Of a stretch of DNA of 64,000 nucleotides, positions 31,173-41,874 are shown piece by piece. The notes below the pieces were generated by a model, which was not told the DNA's origin, made no database searches, and worked only from the letters and a program-made list of their open reading frames with translations. Numbering within the stretch: position 1 is the first letter of the stretch; every line of letters starts with the position of its first letter. This stretch comes from Bdellovibrionales bacterium (GTDB taxonomy: Bacteria; Bdellovibrionota; Bdellovibrionia; Bdellovibrionales; JAUICD01). The DNA is taken from NCBI GenBank assembly GCA_965262715.1, contig OZ253553.1, forward strand, positions 960,001-1,024,000. Reading direction: 5' to 3'. The position numbers were made by a program, and so were the translations under genes.

Positions 31173-33125
31173 CCTGAGTTTGACACTTAATTTGAATTTT
31201 CGTGATATTTTTTTCAAGGAATGTTGTATTTATAGTCATTAGCGGTTATTGTGTTTGTATTTTGGTCAAAAAGTGTAGTGTACTTATTTATCATACACTA
31301 CGCGTCATATACCTTATTTTCTTTTATTTTTTATATTTTTCTTGTAATGTATTTTTATGTTCATAAGGTCTACAAGAAATCCGAGAGGAGACATATATTA
31401 TCATCTTGTTGAGAGCTACAGATTAGGTTCTCAAGTGAAGCAAAGGATTCTAATGTCTTTAGGTAAAGCCGCGGATAAGGAAGTTAACTTGAAGAAGCTT
31501 CTAGAAGTATTATCTAAAGAGTTAGAGATAATTCCTGCTAGTAAGTTATTAAAAGAGATTGATGTAAAAGACACTTTTATTTTAGGTCCTTTGCTTATAA
31601 TAGATACTATTTTTAAACAATTAAATCTCTATAGATTATTAACAGATTTAAAACAGAAGCATCGTAAAGTGCAATTTGATTTTGTTAAGATTATTTTTAC
31701 ATTGGTTATAAGTCGTTTTGTAGAGCCTTGTTCTAAGCTTAAAGTATTTTCACACTGGCAGAAGTTATTTTATCCTGATTTTTTAGAAGGGGAGCTTCAT
31801 CTTCAAGACATTTATCGTTCTTTAGATATTCTAAGTAAGCATAAAGAAGATATAGAGAAGACTCTTTATATGCGAGGTAAGTCTCAATTAAGTTTTTTCA
31901 ATGAGTGTGATGTTATTTTGTATGATTTAACGACATTGAGATTTGAGAGTACCCGTGAGGATTTAGATAATCTTCGAAGGTTTGGTTATAGCAAAGAGAA
32001 GAGGAGTGATTGCACACAAGTGGTATTTGGACTTTTAGTAGATACAGAAGGTATGCCCTTAGGCTTTGATGTTTATCCTGGGAATACATTTGAAGGTAAA
32101 ACAATACCTTCAGTTATGACGAAGCTAAAAAAGAAGTTTAAGATCAGAAGATTTATATTAGTAGGAGATAGAGGTTTATTTTCTAATGAGAATCTCCAAT
32201 CATTAAAAGCAAAGGGAGATGAATTTATAGTAGGATTAAAGCTAGGTTTATTAAAGGATCGTCATGCAGAGATATACAATTTAAAGAATTTTAAATTTAT
32301 AAATGAAGATTTAGCTATATACGAGACAAGCTATAATAATGATCGTTGTATAATTACCTGGTCGAGAAAGAGAGCAGAACGAGATAAGAAAGTAAGAGAA
32401 GATATTCTATCTAAGATAGAAGCTCAATTATCAAAGAAGTCCATAAGCACAAGATCTTTTTTATCTAATAGTAATTATAAGAAGTATATTGTTCATCCTA
32501 AGAGTAAAGGCAAGCCTACTTTAAATAAGTCAGCTATAGAACAATCAGAGAGGACAGATGGTTTTTTTGGAATAATTACAAACACAGATTTAAGCTCTGA
32601 AGAGATTATAATGAACTATAAGCAATTATGGAAGGTAGAGAATTCATTTAGAGAGTTGAAGGGTACATTAAAGACACGTCCTATGTTCCACTGGACAGAT
32701 AAGAGGATATTAGGTCATTTAGTTGTGTGTTTTTTATCTTACTTATGTGAGGCTTATTTTGCAAAGAAGTTACATCAAAGAAACATCACATTAAAAGATA
32801 AAGCGATCACAGACAAGAGAATAAAGTCAAGGCCATTGAGTGTAGCGGAAGCTATGTCAAAGCTGAAAGAAGTACGAGCTATACCTGTCAGATATAAAAA
32901 CAAAACTATTTGGATAAGAACAGATATTTATGGCAATAACGCTGATGTATTTAAAGCTATAGGAGTTAAGATCCCATCAAAACAACTTAAAATTGAATCT
33001 ACTTAAACCTACAAACAATCTCTTAAATCTCTACCACAAAATCAAAATGTAGTGGTACAAAATCACACATCCACTGTAACTAACTAAAATAACTCAACTT
33101 TATTTTCGCAACTGTCAAACTCAGG
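31173..33125 (+). mobile_element. IS1634-family insertion sequence
   Basis: Terminal IRs cctgagtttgaca / tgtcaaactcagg; flanking 107-bp direct repeats 31066-31172 and 33126-33232. Confidence 0.93.
31357..33006 (+). CDS. IS1634-family DDE transposase
   Basis: YYHLVESYR, LYDLTTLRFES, FGYSKEKRSD, VGDRG, YKQLWKVENSFRELK, RPMFHWT. Confidence 0.93.
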   Translation: MFIRSTRNPRGDIYYHLVESYRLGSQVKQRILMSLGKAADKEVNLKKLLEVLSKELEIIPASKLLKEIDVKDTFILGPLLIIDTIFKQLNLYRLLTDLKQKHRKVQFDFVKIIFTLVISRFVEPCSKLKVFSHWQKLFYPDFLEGELHLQDIYRSLDILSKHKEDIEKTLYMRGKSQLSFFNECDVILYDLTTLRFESTREDLDNLRRFGYSKEKRSDCTQVVFGLLVDTEGMPLGFDVYPGNTFEGKTIPSVMTKLKKKFKIRRFILVGDRGLFSNENLQSLKAKGDEFIVGLKLGLLKDRHAEIYNLKNFKFINEDLAIYETSYNNDRCIITWSRKRAERDKKVREDILSKIEAQLSKKSISTRSFLSNSNYKKYIVHPKSKGKPTLNKSAIEQSERTDGFFGIITNTDLSSEEIIMNYKQLWKVENSFRELKGTLKTRPMFHWTDKRILGHLVVCFLSYLCEAYFAKKLHQRNITLKDKAITDKRIKSRPLSVAEAMSKLKEVRAIPVRYKNKTIWIRTDIYGNNADVFKAIGVKIPSKQLKIEST

Positions 33126-34055
33126 ATTTACAATAACTACCAGATAGATGAAAACATAGATGAAAATATTGTTAATAATTTTACCAGATTAATTAGAGAT
33201 CATTCTAATATGTTTAACTACCTTGCAGAACTTGAAACAGACGATGAGTTTTTATCTTATTTAGAAAAATATTCAGACTTAAAACTTAAGTTTACCGGTC
33301 ATCCTATAGATCCAGATGTTAAGGTGACATTTATTACGAATTCTTCCTCTTACTATAATAAAATTATTCAAGGAAAACCTGCTGTTTGTGATCCATTCAC
33401 TCGCATTATTTTTTTTGACCCTCATTTTTGGAGATCACAGGAAGGTTATGAGAGAACAAGGGAAAGAGTTTTATTCCATGAACTAGGACACTGTGACCTC
33501 TATAGAAATCACAGTTCATTAGAAGACTCTTCTTTTATGCGTGTTAGAGGTCTTGAGACATTGCTAGCTTCTCATCCTACAAATTTAGATGATATTTTTA
33601 ACAATTTATATGAAGAGCTTTTTGCTGAGCGAAATACTATACATATTAAATGCTATACTATAGAGATAGATGAAGATGGTTTAGAAAGAAGAATTACTCC
33701 AAATCATTGTATGCCAAACCAAAACAGAGCTTTCCAAGATTTTAAAGATATAAGTGTTCCAATTTTTCAGCAATTAATTGGGCTATTCTTTCTAAGAAAC
33801 TATAACAGTCGTTCTCTATAGAAATAGAAAAAATTTAGATGCCAAAATGGAAAGATGGCAGATTTATTCCATTAATTCCCAACACTATAAAATTATATAT
33901 ATCGATTACATAAAAAATAAGAAGTCTTGCAAGTAGCTCTTAAAAACCCTTCTGCTCCTAATTCTCCTATAAGATAATCAGCAATATCTATATGACTTTG
34001 ACTACTTGCATTTAAATATTTACATGCTGTGTTAAAAAAGAGGAATTTACCCTAC

Positions 34056-34835
34056 TTATTTTTGATCTTCAATAGAATCAGAAAGGCTATTTTTGAGAGA
34101 AGAAATACTGCAAATGAGCTCTTTCAACTGATCAATAGCTTTTTGCTGCTGGCAAGATTGAACAAAGGTTTTATGTTCTTTTTTAACTTCTACTTGAAGT
34201 TGTTTTAGAGCTTTCTTAGCACCTTCAATAGAATATTTATCTTCATATAAAAGTTTTTTAATTAATAAGATAGTTGTGACATCTTTTTGAGTGTACATTC
34301 TGCGGTTATTAATAGCTTTTTTGGGCTTTAACTGTTCAAATTCAGATTCCCAATACCTTAAAACATAAGATTTAATTCCTGTTAAATCAGAGACCTCACT
34401 GATTTTAAAAGCCATTCTATCAGGAATTTTCTCTAGGTCTTTAAGGAACTGTACATGATTTTGATCAACCTTTTTAGAAGAAGTCACAGAATATGACCCT
34501 TGGAAAGTAGATAGATCATTTGTTTGAAAGTCATCTTTAGACTTCAAAGCAGTTTCTGTAATAGGGATATTTTCATCAAAAGATATGCTATTCAATGTTG
34601 GAGAAGCTTTGAGAGTATCTGTATCTAAAGCACTTTGAGCATCTCTTATAGGAGCTATTAAAGTGTCTAAAGAGGTAACATCGCTGCTTATAGGGCTTTC
34701 ACTTGGCAAAGAGCTCATATCCAAGTTTGGAGTGATGGCAGATTGAATAGAATCCTTAAAAATCACATCATTGATGTGAAGTAAATCTTTATTTTTTATG
34801 TCATAAATATGATCTTGTGTACTGTCTTTGTCCAA
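34056..34835 (-). CDS. MerR-family HTH regulator with a long low-complexity N-terminal extension
   Basis: FKISEVSDLTGIKSYVLRYWESEF...RRMY...LLYEDKYSIEGAK; usual position after ihfA. Confidence 0.88.
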   Translation of the reverse strand: MDKDSTQDHIYDIKNKDLLHINDVIFKDSIQSAITPNLDMSSLPSESPISSDVTSLDTLIAPIRDAQSALDTDTLKASPTLNSISFDENIPITETALKSKDDFQTNDLSTFQGSYSVTSSKKVDQNHVQFLKDLEKIPDRMAFKISEVSDLTGIKSYVLRYWESEFEQLKPKKAINNRRMYTQKDVTTILLIKKLLYEDKYSIEGAKKALKQLQVEVKKEHKTFVQSCQQQKAIDQLKELICSISSLKNSLSDSIEDQK

Positions 34836-34902
34836 GTTACTTAAACCACCTCTCTATGATTTTTCGTGCCAGGATTTCATTAAGTGTATTTATTAAAATC
34901 AA

Positions 34903-35214
34903 TCATTTACTATTTAATGTATTTTTAATGACTTGACTTGGCTTAAATGTAAGGACCTTTCTCTGACTGATCTTCATGCGGTTACCTGTTTGAGGGTTAC
35001 GGCCCATTCTTTCCTTCTTTCTTTGTACACTGAATTTACCAAAACCTGAAATTTTGATATTTTCTCCTCTTGTGATAGTTTCTTTTAGAACATCAAAAAT
35101 AACTTCCACATGATCATAGCATTCCTTTTTGGAAAACCCTAGCCTTGAATAGACTTTATCCACAAGATCAGCTTTTGTAATACTGTTCTGAGATGATTTG
35201 TTGTCCGAAGTCAT
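34903..35214 (-). CDS. ihfA: Integration host factor alpha
   Basis: ITKADLV, IKISGFGKF, RMGRNPQTG, VLTFKPSQ; directly after pheT. Confidence 0.92.
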   Translation of the reverse strand: MTSDNKSSQNSITKADLVDKVYSRLGFSKKECYDHVEVIFDVLKETITRGENIKISGFGKFSVQRKKERMGRNPQTGNRMKISQRKVLTFKPSQVIKNTLNSK

Positions 35215-35309
35215 AACAGCCTCCTATTTTTATCCTCAAACCCCTAATATTCTTTACTAATATATAGGTATAAGCAAGAACATTCAATAAAAATTTATAA
35301 AAATAACAC

Positions 35310-37832
35310 CTATGTTCTCAATTGAGCATCAAATTTTTGCTCTAAAGATTTTATAATGTTTGTTTGAATTTGATTAACTTCTTCCTCTTCGAGTGTTGTT
35401 TTCTTTTTCTGGTAGAGTAGACGGAATGTCAATGATTTCTTATTAGGAATTTTAGCATCCTTATAGACGTCAAAGAGATTTGTCGATAATAAACATTTAT
35501 TTGCTGTTTTAGAAATTAATTCCAAAATAACTCCTACCTCAATGTTTTCATCAACTAGAATAGAGATATCCCTTTCTACAGAAGGAAATCGAGAGAATTC
35601 CTTAGATTTTAATTTTCTGGGGAAATTAGCTAGCAAACGGTCAAGATTTAATTCTACAGCGACAGCTTCTAGGGTGACTTTGTATTGCTTTAAAATCTTA
35701 GGATGCATGGTACCTATATAACCCACATTTTTCCCCTCGCAAAAAAGAAGGGCTGCTTGACCAGGATGTAAGAAATCAGGCGCAATATCTACTGTTTTCC
35801 ATTGATAAGAAGTGATATTTAAGGCTTTTAAAATATGGGTTATATGTTGCTTGACTTCTAATACAAGTGGGGCGTGGTTTTTTTGCCAAACGGATAAAGG
35901 ATGACCCCAAGCCATAAAGCCTAAGTGCCATTTTTCATCATAATTTTCTTTCTTTTCAGTTTCTTCCCTATTGAAATTTTGAAAAGTGGAACCTATCTCA
36001 TAAATACGGCCGTAATTTATTTTATGGTGGCAATTATGGGCAAGCACATTCACAAGCCCAGGAAGTAGGCTCTGCCTCATAATATTTAACTCTTGACTGA
36101 GTGGGTTGGATAATGATACGGGGCTATCAGAAATATCAAGGCCAGCTTTTATCAATGATTGATATTGCCCTAGGAGCCTTTTTTGTATCTCTGAATGACA
36201 AAAAGCTAAGGAAACAGTCTGTTGATATCCTTGCCGTCTGACTAAATCATTAACGCGCTTTTGAAGTAGGTAGATTTTTGTATGAGGTTGAACATGAGAA
36301 TTTGTCAATATCCTACCATTTGGTATTTTGTGATAACCCTCAAGCCTTGCAATCTCTTCTATCAAGTCTTCTTTAATAAAAATATCTTGTCGATAAGTGG
36401 GGGGAGTGACTGTTAATAGGTTTGTGTTTTCTTCTTTTAATTGAGATTGACAACCTAAGCTTTTCAGTAAGCCAACATTCATAGGATCTAAGTTGCTATC
36501 CTCTCTGCCAAAGTGAACTTTGCACCCTAAGCTTTTTAACAGAGAATAACAACGATGAGTATCAATTGAATAACCTAAACGGGCAGATACATCCTCTATA
36601 TCCAAAAGGATTTGGGGTCTTGTGATAGGCTGAGGATAAAAATCATAGAAGGTTTCTTGCACCTGACCACCTGCCACCTCTTTTATTAAATGGCAAGCAC
36701 GGTTCATCGCTAGCAAGGTTGTGTCAGGGTCAACGCCCCGAGTAAATCTGTAAGAGGATTCTGTTTCAATGCCAAGTTTTTTAGAAGTACGTCTTATCTG
36801 ATCAGCTCTAAAAACAGCTGATTCAATGAAAACATCCACTGTATCTTGATAAACGCCTGAGTTTTTCCCTCCAACAATACCAGCTAATGCCAAAGGTTTT
36901 TGAGTGTCTCTGATCATTGTCTCTGTTCCGTCTAACTTTACCTCTGTACCATCTAAGGTTATGAATGACTCTTGAGGTTTGGCTAGATCTACATGTATCT
37001 GTTTGCCTTCAATAGAGCGTATATCAAAAGCATGTAAGGGCTGTCCTAGCTCTAACATCACAAAGTTTGTGACATCCACTATGTTGTTGATAGAAGATGA
37101 ACCTACAGACTCAAGGCATCTTACTAACCAAGACGGACTTTGCTTAACTTGAACTCCTGTAATGACTCTTCCCGCATAACGGGTCTCCTTTTGTGAGATA
37201 GTCACTGATATAGTAGGTGTTTTGATAGGTTTTGTTTGAAAAGAAACAGTAGGTGGTTTGTAGTTTGTATTTAGTAGAGTGGCAAGCTCCCTTGCTAAAC
37301 CCAGATGGCTTAAACAATCAGCGCGGTTAGAAGTTACATTGATGTCCAATACCACATCATCTAAACCCATATATTTAGCAAAACTAGAACCTAAAGGGGC
37401 ATCCTTTGGTAAAATCATAATGCCTTCTGACTTGTCTTTAAGCCCAAGTTCCTCTTCAGAACAGAGCATTCCATTAGATTGTTGACCTTTGATGAAAGCA
37501 GGCTTGATCTCAAGTCCATTTGGTAAAATAGCACCTGGCATAGCCAAAACTACCTTATCTCCTTGGCGGTGATTTGTAGCTCCACAAACAATGTGATGGA
37601 TGTTATTTTTTATATCAGTAGATGTGACCACATGACAAAGTGTGAGCCGGTCTGCCATGGGATGCTTTGTGAGTTGATCAATTTGTCCAATTACAGTGTC
37701 TTTGTAACTTTTTGCTTTATCATCAGCCTGTTCAACCTCTAAACCTGCAGAGGTAAGCACTTTGATGAGGTCTTCTGTCTTGTGTTTTTCTAGATTAATA
37801 TATTTGAATAACCAATTAAGTGATATTTTCAA
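35310..37832 (-). CDS. pheT: Phenylalanine--tRNA ligase beta subunit
   Basis: MKISLNWL, IVCGATN, SNGMLCS, NRADCLS, GQPLHAFD, RFTRGVD, DLIEEIAR, FPSVERDIS. Confidence 0.97.
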   Translation of the reverse strand: MKISLNWLFKYINLEKHKTEDLIKVLTSAGLEVEQADDKAKSYKDTVIGQIDQLTKHPMADRLTLCHVVTSTDIKNNIHHIVCGATNHRQGDKVVLAMPGAILPNGLEIKPAFIKGQQSNGMLCSEEELGLKDKSEGIMILPKDAPLGSSFAKYMGLDDVVLDINVTSNRADCLSHLGLARELATLLNTNYKPPTVSFQTKPIKTPTISVTISQKETRYAGRVITGVQVKQSPSWLVRCLESVGSSSINNIVDVTNFVMLELGQPLHAFDIRSIEGKQIHVDLAKPQESFITLDGTEVKLDGTETMIRDTQKPLALAGIVGGKNSGVYQDTVDVFIESAVFRADQIRRTSKKLGIETESSYRFTRGVDPDTTLLAMNRACHLIKEVAGGQVQETFYDFYPQPITRPQILLDIEDVSARLGYSIDTHRCYSLLKSLGCKVHFGREDSNLDPMNVGLLKSLGCQSQLKEENTNLLTVTPPTYRQDIFIKEDLIEEIARLEGYHKIPNGRILTNSHVQPHTKIYLLQKRVNDLVRRQGYQQTVSLAFCHSEIQKRLLGQYQSLIKAGLDISDSPVSLSNPLSQELNIMRQSLLPGLVNVLAHNCHHKINYGRIYEIGSTFQNFNREETEKKENYDEKWHLGFMAWGHPLSVWQKNHAPLVLEVKQHITHILKALNITSYQWKTVDIAPDFLHPGQAALLFCEGKNVGYIGTMHPKILKQYKVTLEAVAVELNLDRLLANFPRKLKSKEFSRFPSVERDISILVDENIEVGVILELISKTANKCLLSTNLFDVYKDAKIPNKKSLTFRLLYQKKKTTLEEEEVNQIQTNIIKSLEQKFDAQLRT

Positions 37833-37844
37833 AATAGCTCCTGT

Positions 37845-38780
37845 TTAACTCAATGCATCTTCTGATTTCCAAACAAAATCACTTGCTTCATAAGATTGAA
37901 GAATTTGATAACATCTTGTTTTAATAAATTCAAATAATTCTCCTTCTATTGAAAAATCCAATTGGGTGATAATATTTGCCCTTTTGTCTAAACTCAAATC
38001 TGTCCAATGATTTTTATTTTTTATTTGATCATCATATACAATGACACCATATCCTCCTCGATCCCTAAGTAGAGATAAAGCTGGAATATCTGTAGGGCCA
38101 TCACCTATGTAAAGCATATCAAAATACTGTGACCAAAGCTTGGAAGATTGTATTCGTTTATTAACTCTGATACTTGGGTCTTTAAAAGTTCCTTTTGATA
38201 TTTCAAAAATAGATCTGGTTTTCATAGTCTCATCCATACAAAAAATAGGAATGCTCACATGCCGATCATTTGAGTCTAATGTAACTTGATACCTGCATCC
38301 AAATATAAAAGTAATTAGGTTTTCAGGAAATATTTCCGTGATTAAATCCTTTAGGCCTGCAGATATGACAAAGTGATGAATCTTTATTCCAGCTTCTTTA
38401 AATCTAGAACATCTTTCTATACCTTTTATTGCTTGTAAACAAGGAATGACGTTAGGGTAAAGTTTGATTTCAGGTTTAACAAATTTTACAAAAAACTCTC
38501 GATTCAAAGGAATATTTTGAGTATATGCTAATTGAGATAATGAATACATCCAAATTGGAGCATCAGATGCTAATACACGCTCTATCTCTACATCTTGATT
38601 ATTACCTTTAATTTTTTGAACATTTAACCAAAAATTTTTAATATATTCTTTTTTTCTCTTTCCTTTTGAAAGAACTTTTATTGTTTGACTGGTTGAGTCA
38701 ACATAATTGCCACTAGAGTCTTTATTGGGAGCAAGAGTTCCATCAAAATCCCATAAAATAGAGATATTGCGTTCTATCAT
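37845..38780 (-). CDS. HAD-superfamily hydrolase between pheS and pheT
   Basis: LWDFDGTL, VISAGL, KTRSIFEISKG, YIGDGPTDIP. Confidence 0.85.
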   Translation of the reverse strand: MIERNISILWDFDGTLAPNKDSSGNYVDSTSQTIKVLSKGKRKKEYIKNFWLNVQKIKGNNQDVEIERVLASDAPIWMYSLSQLAYTQNIPLNREFFVKFVKPEIKLYPNVIPCLQAIKGIERCSRFKEAGIKIHHFVISAGLKDLITEIFPENLITFIFGCRYQVTLDSNDRHVSIPIFCMDETMKTRSIFEISKGTFKDPSIRVNKRIQSSKLWSQYFDMLYIGDGPTDIPALSLLRDRGGYGVIVYDDQIKNKNHWTDLSLDKRANIITQLDFSIEGELFEFIKTRCYQILQSYEASDFVWKSEDALS

Positions 38781-38942
38781 TTATTTAAGCTTTCTTGCAG
38801 CAGAACGAAGACCATCTTCTTTATAGTTAGAAAGTTTTATATGACCCTTTTTACTAAATTCATAAGTATCAAAATCCAGAGATTTTTTGGATGATCTCCT
38901 ACCTTTGACTTGAGACTTTTTAGTTTTTTTGACATTTCCCAT
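38781..38942 (-). CDS. Small basic hypothetical protein
   Basis: SD GAGGAG before ATG 38942 (MGNVKKTKK...); stop abuts the HAD start. Confidence 0.5.
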   Translation of the reverse strand: MGNVKKTKKSQVKGRRSSKKSLDFDTYEFSKKGHIKLSNYKEDGLRSAARKLK

Positions 38943-38986
38943 GTAATTTCTCCTCATAAATACAATTAAATATATCAATTTTTAAT

Positions 38987-39227
38987 TAGAACTCATCTCA
39001 AAATTAATTCTAATGTCCACGTTTTCAAAACGACCTCTTAACTTAAGTACCACATAAAAGGACTGTTTCACTCAAAATGGACCCTTCCGGCTTTCCGTAG
39101 AGCCACTATCGTGGCTCTCGTCAAGTCTGTCCATTTTGAGTAAGAAGCCATCTTTAGTTACGTTATGTTTTATATTTTGCAATTTCGTATTATTTACTGC
39201 TATCATGTATTTTTGAGATGGCTTCTA
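38987..39227. mobile_element. MITE-like element (IS1182-like ends) holding a short family-A-like structured core
   Basis: tagaactcatctcaaaa ... ttttgagatggcttcta; internal ctgtttcactcaaaatggac...gtccattttgagt at 39063-39141. Confidence 0.6.
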
Positions 39228-39315
39228 AATAATAATGCAAAAAAAATCTACACTTTGATGATTATGAATCATACTGTAATATTTGATAAAACTCAATAAT
39301 TTTAAATCACAATCC

Positions 39316-40380
39316 TTAGTAAAATGGCTCTAAAAAGCGTAGGTCATTTTCGAAGAAAAGGCGAATATCTTGAACTCTATATTTTAGGATGGCCATTCTT
39401 TCTATCCCCATTCCAAAGGCAAATCCTTGCCATCCCTGAGGATCAATAGAGCACTGCTTTAAAACATTAGGATGTACAAGTCCACAACCTGCGATTTCAA
39501 CCCAGCCTGTTTGGCCACACATACGACAACCTTTACCAGCGCAAAGTTGACAAGAGCAATCTACTTCTGCTGATGGTTCTGTAAAAGGGAAAAAGCTAGG
39601 CCGAAATTGTATCTTAGCGTCTCTTCCAAAAAATTCTTTTGCAAAAAAATCTAAAGTACCCTTTAAATGCGCCATTGAGACATCTTTATCTACAACTAAA
39701 CCTTCTAATTGATGAAACATAGGGCTATGAGAGATGTCACTATCTCTACGAAATACACTTCCAGGCCCTAAAATATAGAAAGGAGGCTTTAAAGATTTAT
39801 CTCTCATAGTACGTATTTGGATAGAGCTGGTATGTGGTCTTAGTACATACTGTTTATGCCCTGAGTCTTCGATATAAAACGTATCTTGCATATCTCGTGC
39901 AGGATGCTGTGGAGGAATATTTAATGCTGTAAAGCAGTTTTCATCAGTATCTATCATAGGGCCATATTGGACACAGTAACCTAAGCGGTTAAAAATATCG
40001 ATAATTTCGTTCATAGCTTTTTCAATAGGATGCTGCCCACCAATTTCTTGTGGAGGTCCGGGAGTTGTCATGTCTATTCGAGATGATTTGAGTTTTTGAT
40101 TGAGCTCTTTCTCTTGTAGTTTTTCATTACATTGCTCATAGAATAGTTCCATGTCTTTTTTAGCTTGATTGATAGAGCGACCTAAAAGTGGGCGGTCTTC
40201 TTGAGAGCAACCTTTTAAGTGCTTCATAATGTCAGAGATAAGACCCTGACGGCCCAAAAACTTAACCTTTACTTCATACAAATTTAAAGAAGATATAGCT
40301 TTTTTAAACTCTTTGAGAGCTTGTTTTTTTAGGTTATCGACTTTATCTTGCAATTGTTGTGAGTGCTTATCTTGGATCAC
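39316..40380 (-). CDS. pheS: Phenylalanine--tRNA ligase alpha subunit
   Basis: HPARDMQDTFY, LRPHTS, HSPMFHQLEG, FRPSFFPFTEPSAEVD, GFAFGMGIER. Confidence 0.97.
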   Translation of the reverse strand: MIQDKHSQQLQDKVDNLKKQALKEFKKAISSLNLYEVKVKFLGRQGLISDIMKHLKGCSQEDRPLLGRSINQAKKDMELFYEQCNEKLQEKELNQKLKSSRIDMTTPGPPQEIGGQHPIEKAMNEIIDIFNRLGYCVQYGPMIDTDENCFTALNIPPQHPARDMQDTFYIEDSGHKQYVLRPHTSSIQIRTMRDKSLKPPFYILGPGSVFRRDSDISHSPMFHQLEGLVVDKDVSMAHLKGTLDFFAKEFFGRDAKIQFRPSFFPFTEPSAEVDCSCQLCAGKGCRMCGQTGWVEIAGCGLVHPNVLKQCSIDPQGWQGFAFGMGIERMAILKYRVQDIRLFFENDLRFLEPFY

Positions 40381-40471
40381 GAAGCTTTTCCTTATAATTG
40401 ATTTTTCTCGTAATTACCTTTGTTCTTTTAACTACCATATATAATGAAAAAAGCAATGACTAATATATAGA

Positions 40472-40548
40472 TGGAGCTGGCAATAGGAATCGAACCTACA
40501 ACCTGCTGATTACAAATCAGCTGCTCTGCCAGATTGAGCTATGCCAGC
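40472..40548 (-). tRNA. tRNA-Thr(TGT)
   Basis: GCTGGCA acceptor stem, GCTGA-TTTGTAA-TCAGC arm, GTTCGATTC, CCA. Confidence 0.97.
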
Positions 40549-40704
40549 TTTTGATGTGATGTATATCCAAACTTTATTATCTGTTAAAACCTCTCATCAG
40601 TCAATGGCACTTTCATCTTACAAATAAGAATTTTTGCTTAAGACTTGGAAGTTGAATACAACTTACAAGAGTATTCCTTATAAAATATTTTTTTAAATGC
40701 ACAT

Positions 40705-40801
40705 AAAATCCGGATTCGAGTGATTAAAATCCGGACATGACCTCAATTTTATAATTTAAAACCCACTTTTATCATCATTTTAACATGGCATGTATCTTGC
40801 T
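40705..40801 (+). promoter_or_regulatory. Sigma-54 promoter with tandem upstream aaatccgga boxes
   Basis: TGGCATGTATCTTGCT at 40786-40801 (GG-N10-GC); boxes at 40706 and 40727. Confidence 0.75.
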
Positions 40802-40909
40802 ATATCTTTATCGAGAAGTTTCATAGAAATACTCTAGTTCTACTTGAACTTTGATATTGAGGATTGGAGTTTTTTTGAAATACATGAATTCTGTAAGGGG
40901 TGCATACCA

Positions 40910-41866
40910 ATGACGAAACATCCTCATGATATATTTTTCAGGAGTTTTTTTTCTTCTGTTGAAAGAATAGAGAGATTGCTAAAGACAATATTACCTAAAG
41001 ATATTTTGAGTCTTTTTGATTTGTCTACATTAAAGATGGAGCCTAGCGTTATTGTTAAAAAATCAGAGATTAGGGTAGATATGGTATTAAGTATAATGCT
41101 TAAGAACTCTAAGAACAAAGTTAAGGTTATTTTAATTTTAGATCACAAAAGTTGGCCAGATAAGAATGTGATACAGCAATTACAAAAATATCAATTAATG
41201 ATAGTTAATGAATATTGTAAGAGTGAAGTTCTACATCCAGTACTTTGCATAATTTTTTATCATGGTGGTAAGAGATGGAAGAATCCCTCTTCTTTGCATG
41301 AAGATTGGGTATCTAGAGGTCTTTTTTCAAAAGAAGATTTTAAGAAACTTTCACCGTATCTTATGAATTTTAGACCTTATGTGTTTGACTTGTCCAAGTT
41401 TGATATACCAAAACGAGCTATGGATAGTATGAAGTCAATTCTATATGCATTTGAAGATATTTGGTCTTTAAGGAAGTGTAAGAATAGAAAAGAGAGAAAA
41501 GCAGTATTACGTAAAACTTTATTATCAGTAAAAAAAGACTTAAAATATGAGTCAAAACAGTATAGAATGGATGTGTTATTAGCTATAAAGCAATATTTTA
41601 TGAGTTACGACTCACAGATAGATGAAGATTTATTTAAGGAGGCTTCAAAAGAGGTCACAGAAGAATTAGGAGGAGACAATATGGTAGACGAGCTTGATTT
41701 TACTATGGCAGGTGTAATACAAAAAAAGGTGAAAGAGCAGGTACAGGAAAGCCAAAAAAAGATCACATTGAAGTTACTTAAGGCTGATATGAGTGTAGAA
41801 AAGGTATCTGAGATCACCGGTCTTTCAAAGCAGGAAATTCGAAAGTTTCAAGAAGATGATAGTTAG
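40910..41866 (+). CDS. Rpn-family (YhgA-like) PD-(D/E)xK nuclease, copy 1
   Basis: HPHDIFFR, DLSTLK, RVDMV, ILDHKS, IIFYHG...W, C-terminal VSEITGLS helix; start moved to ATG 40910. Confidence 0.88.
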   Translation: MTKHPHDIFFRSFFSSVERIERLLKTILPKDILSLFDLSTLKMEPSVIVKKSEIRVDMVLSIMLKNSKNKVKVILILDHKSWPDKNVIQQLQKYQLMIVNEYCKSEVLHPVLCIIFYHGGKRWKNPSSLHEDWVSRGLFSKEDFKKLSPYLMNFRPYVFDLSKFDIPKRAMDSMKSILYAFEDIWSLRKCKNRKERKAVLRKTLLSVKKDLKYESKQYRMDVLLAIKQYFMSYDSQIDEDLFKEASKEVTEELGGDNMVDELDFTMAGVIQKKVKEQVQESQKKITLKLLKADMSVEKVSEITGLSKQEIRKFQEDDS

Positions 41867-41874
41867 AGGATATT

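Larger units (their letters stand above)
30955..33821 (+). pseudogene. Exported HExxH zinc-metallopeptidase-like gene split by the IS1634-family element
   Basis: Removing the IS and one 107-bp repeat joins ...MFNYLAEL to ETDDEF... in frame; VLFHELGHC motif in the 3' part (33210-33821). Confidence 0.8.

Noticed and set aside
40472..40548. tRNA-Thr as the integration site of the 40.6-62.9 kb region
   Set aside because: The region lies on the tRNA 5' side; I saw no duplicated 3' end and no integrase.
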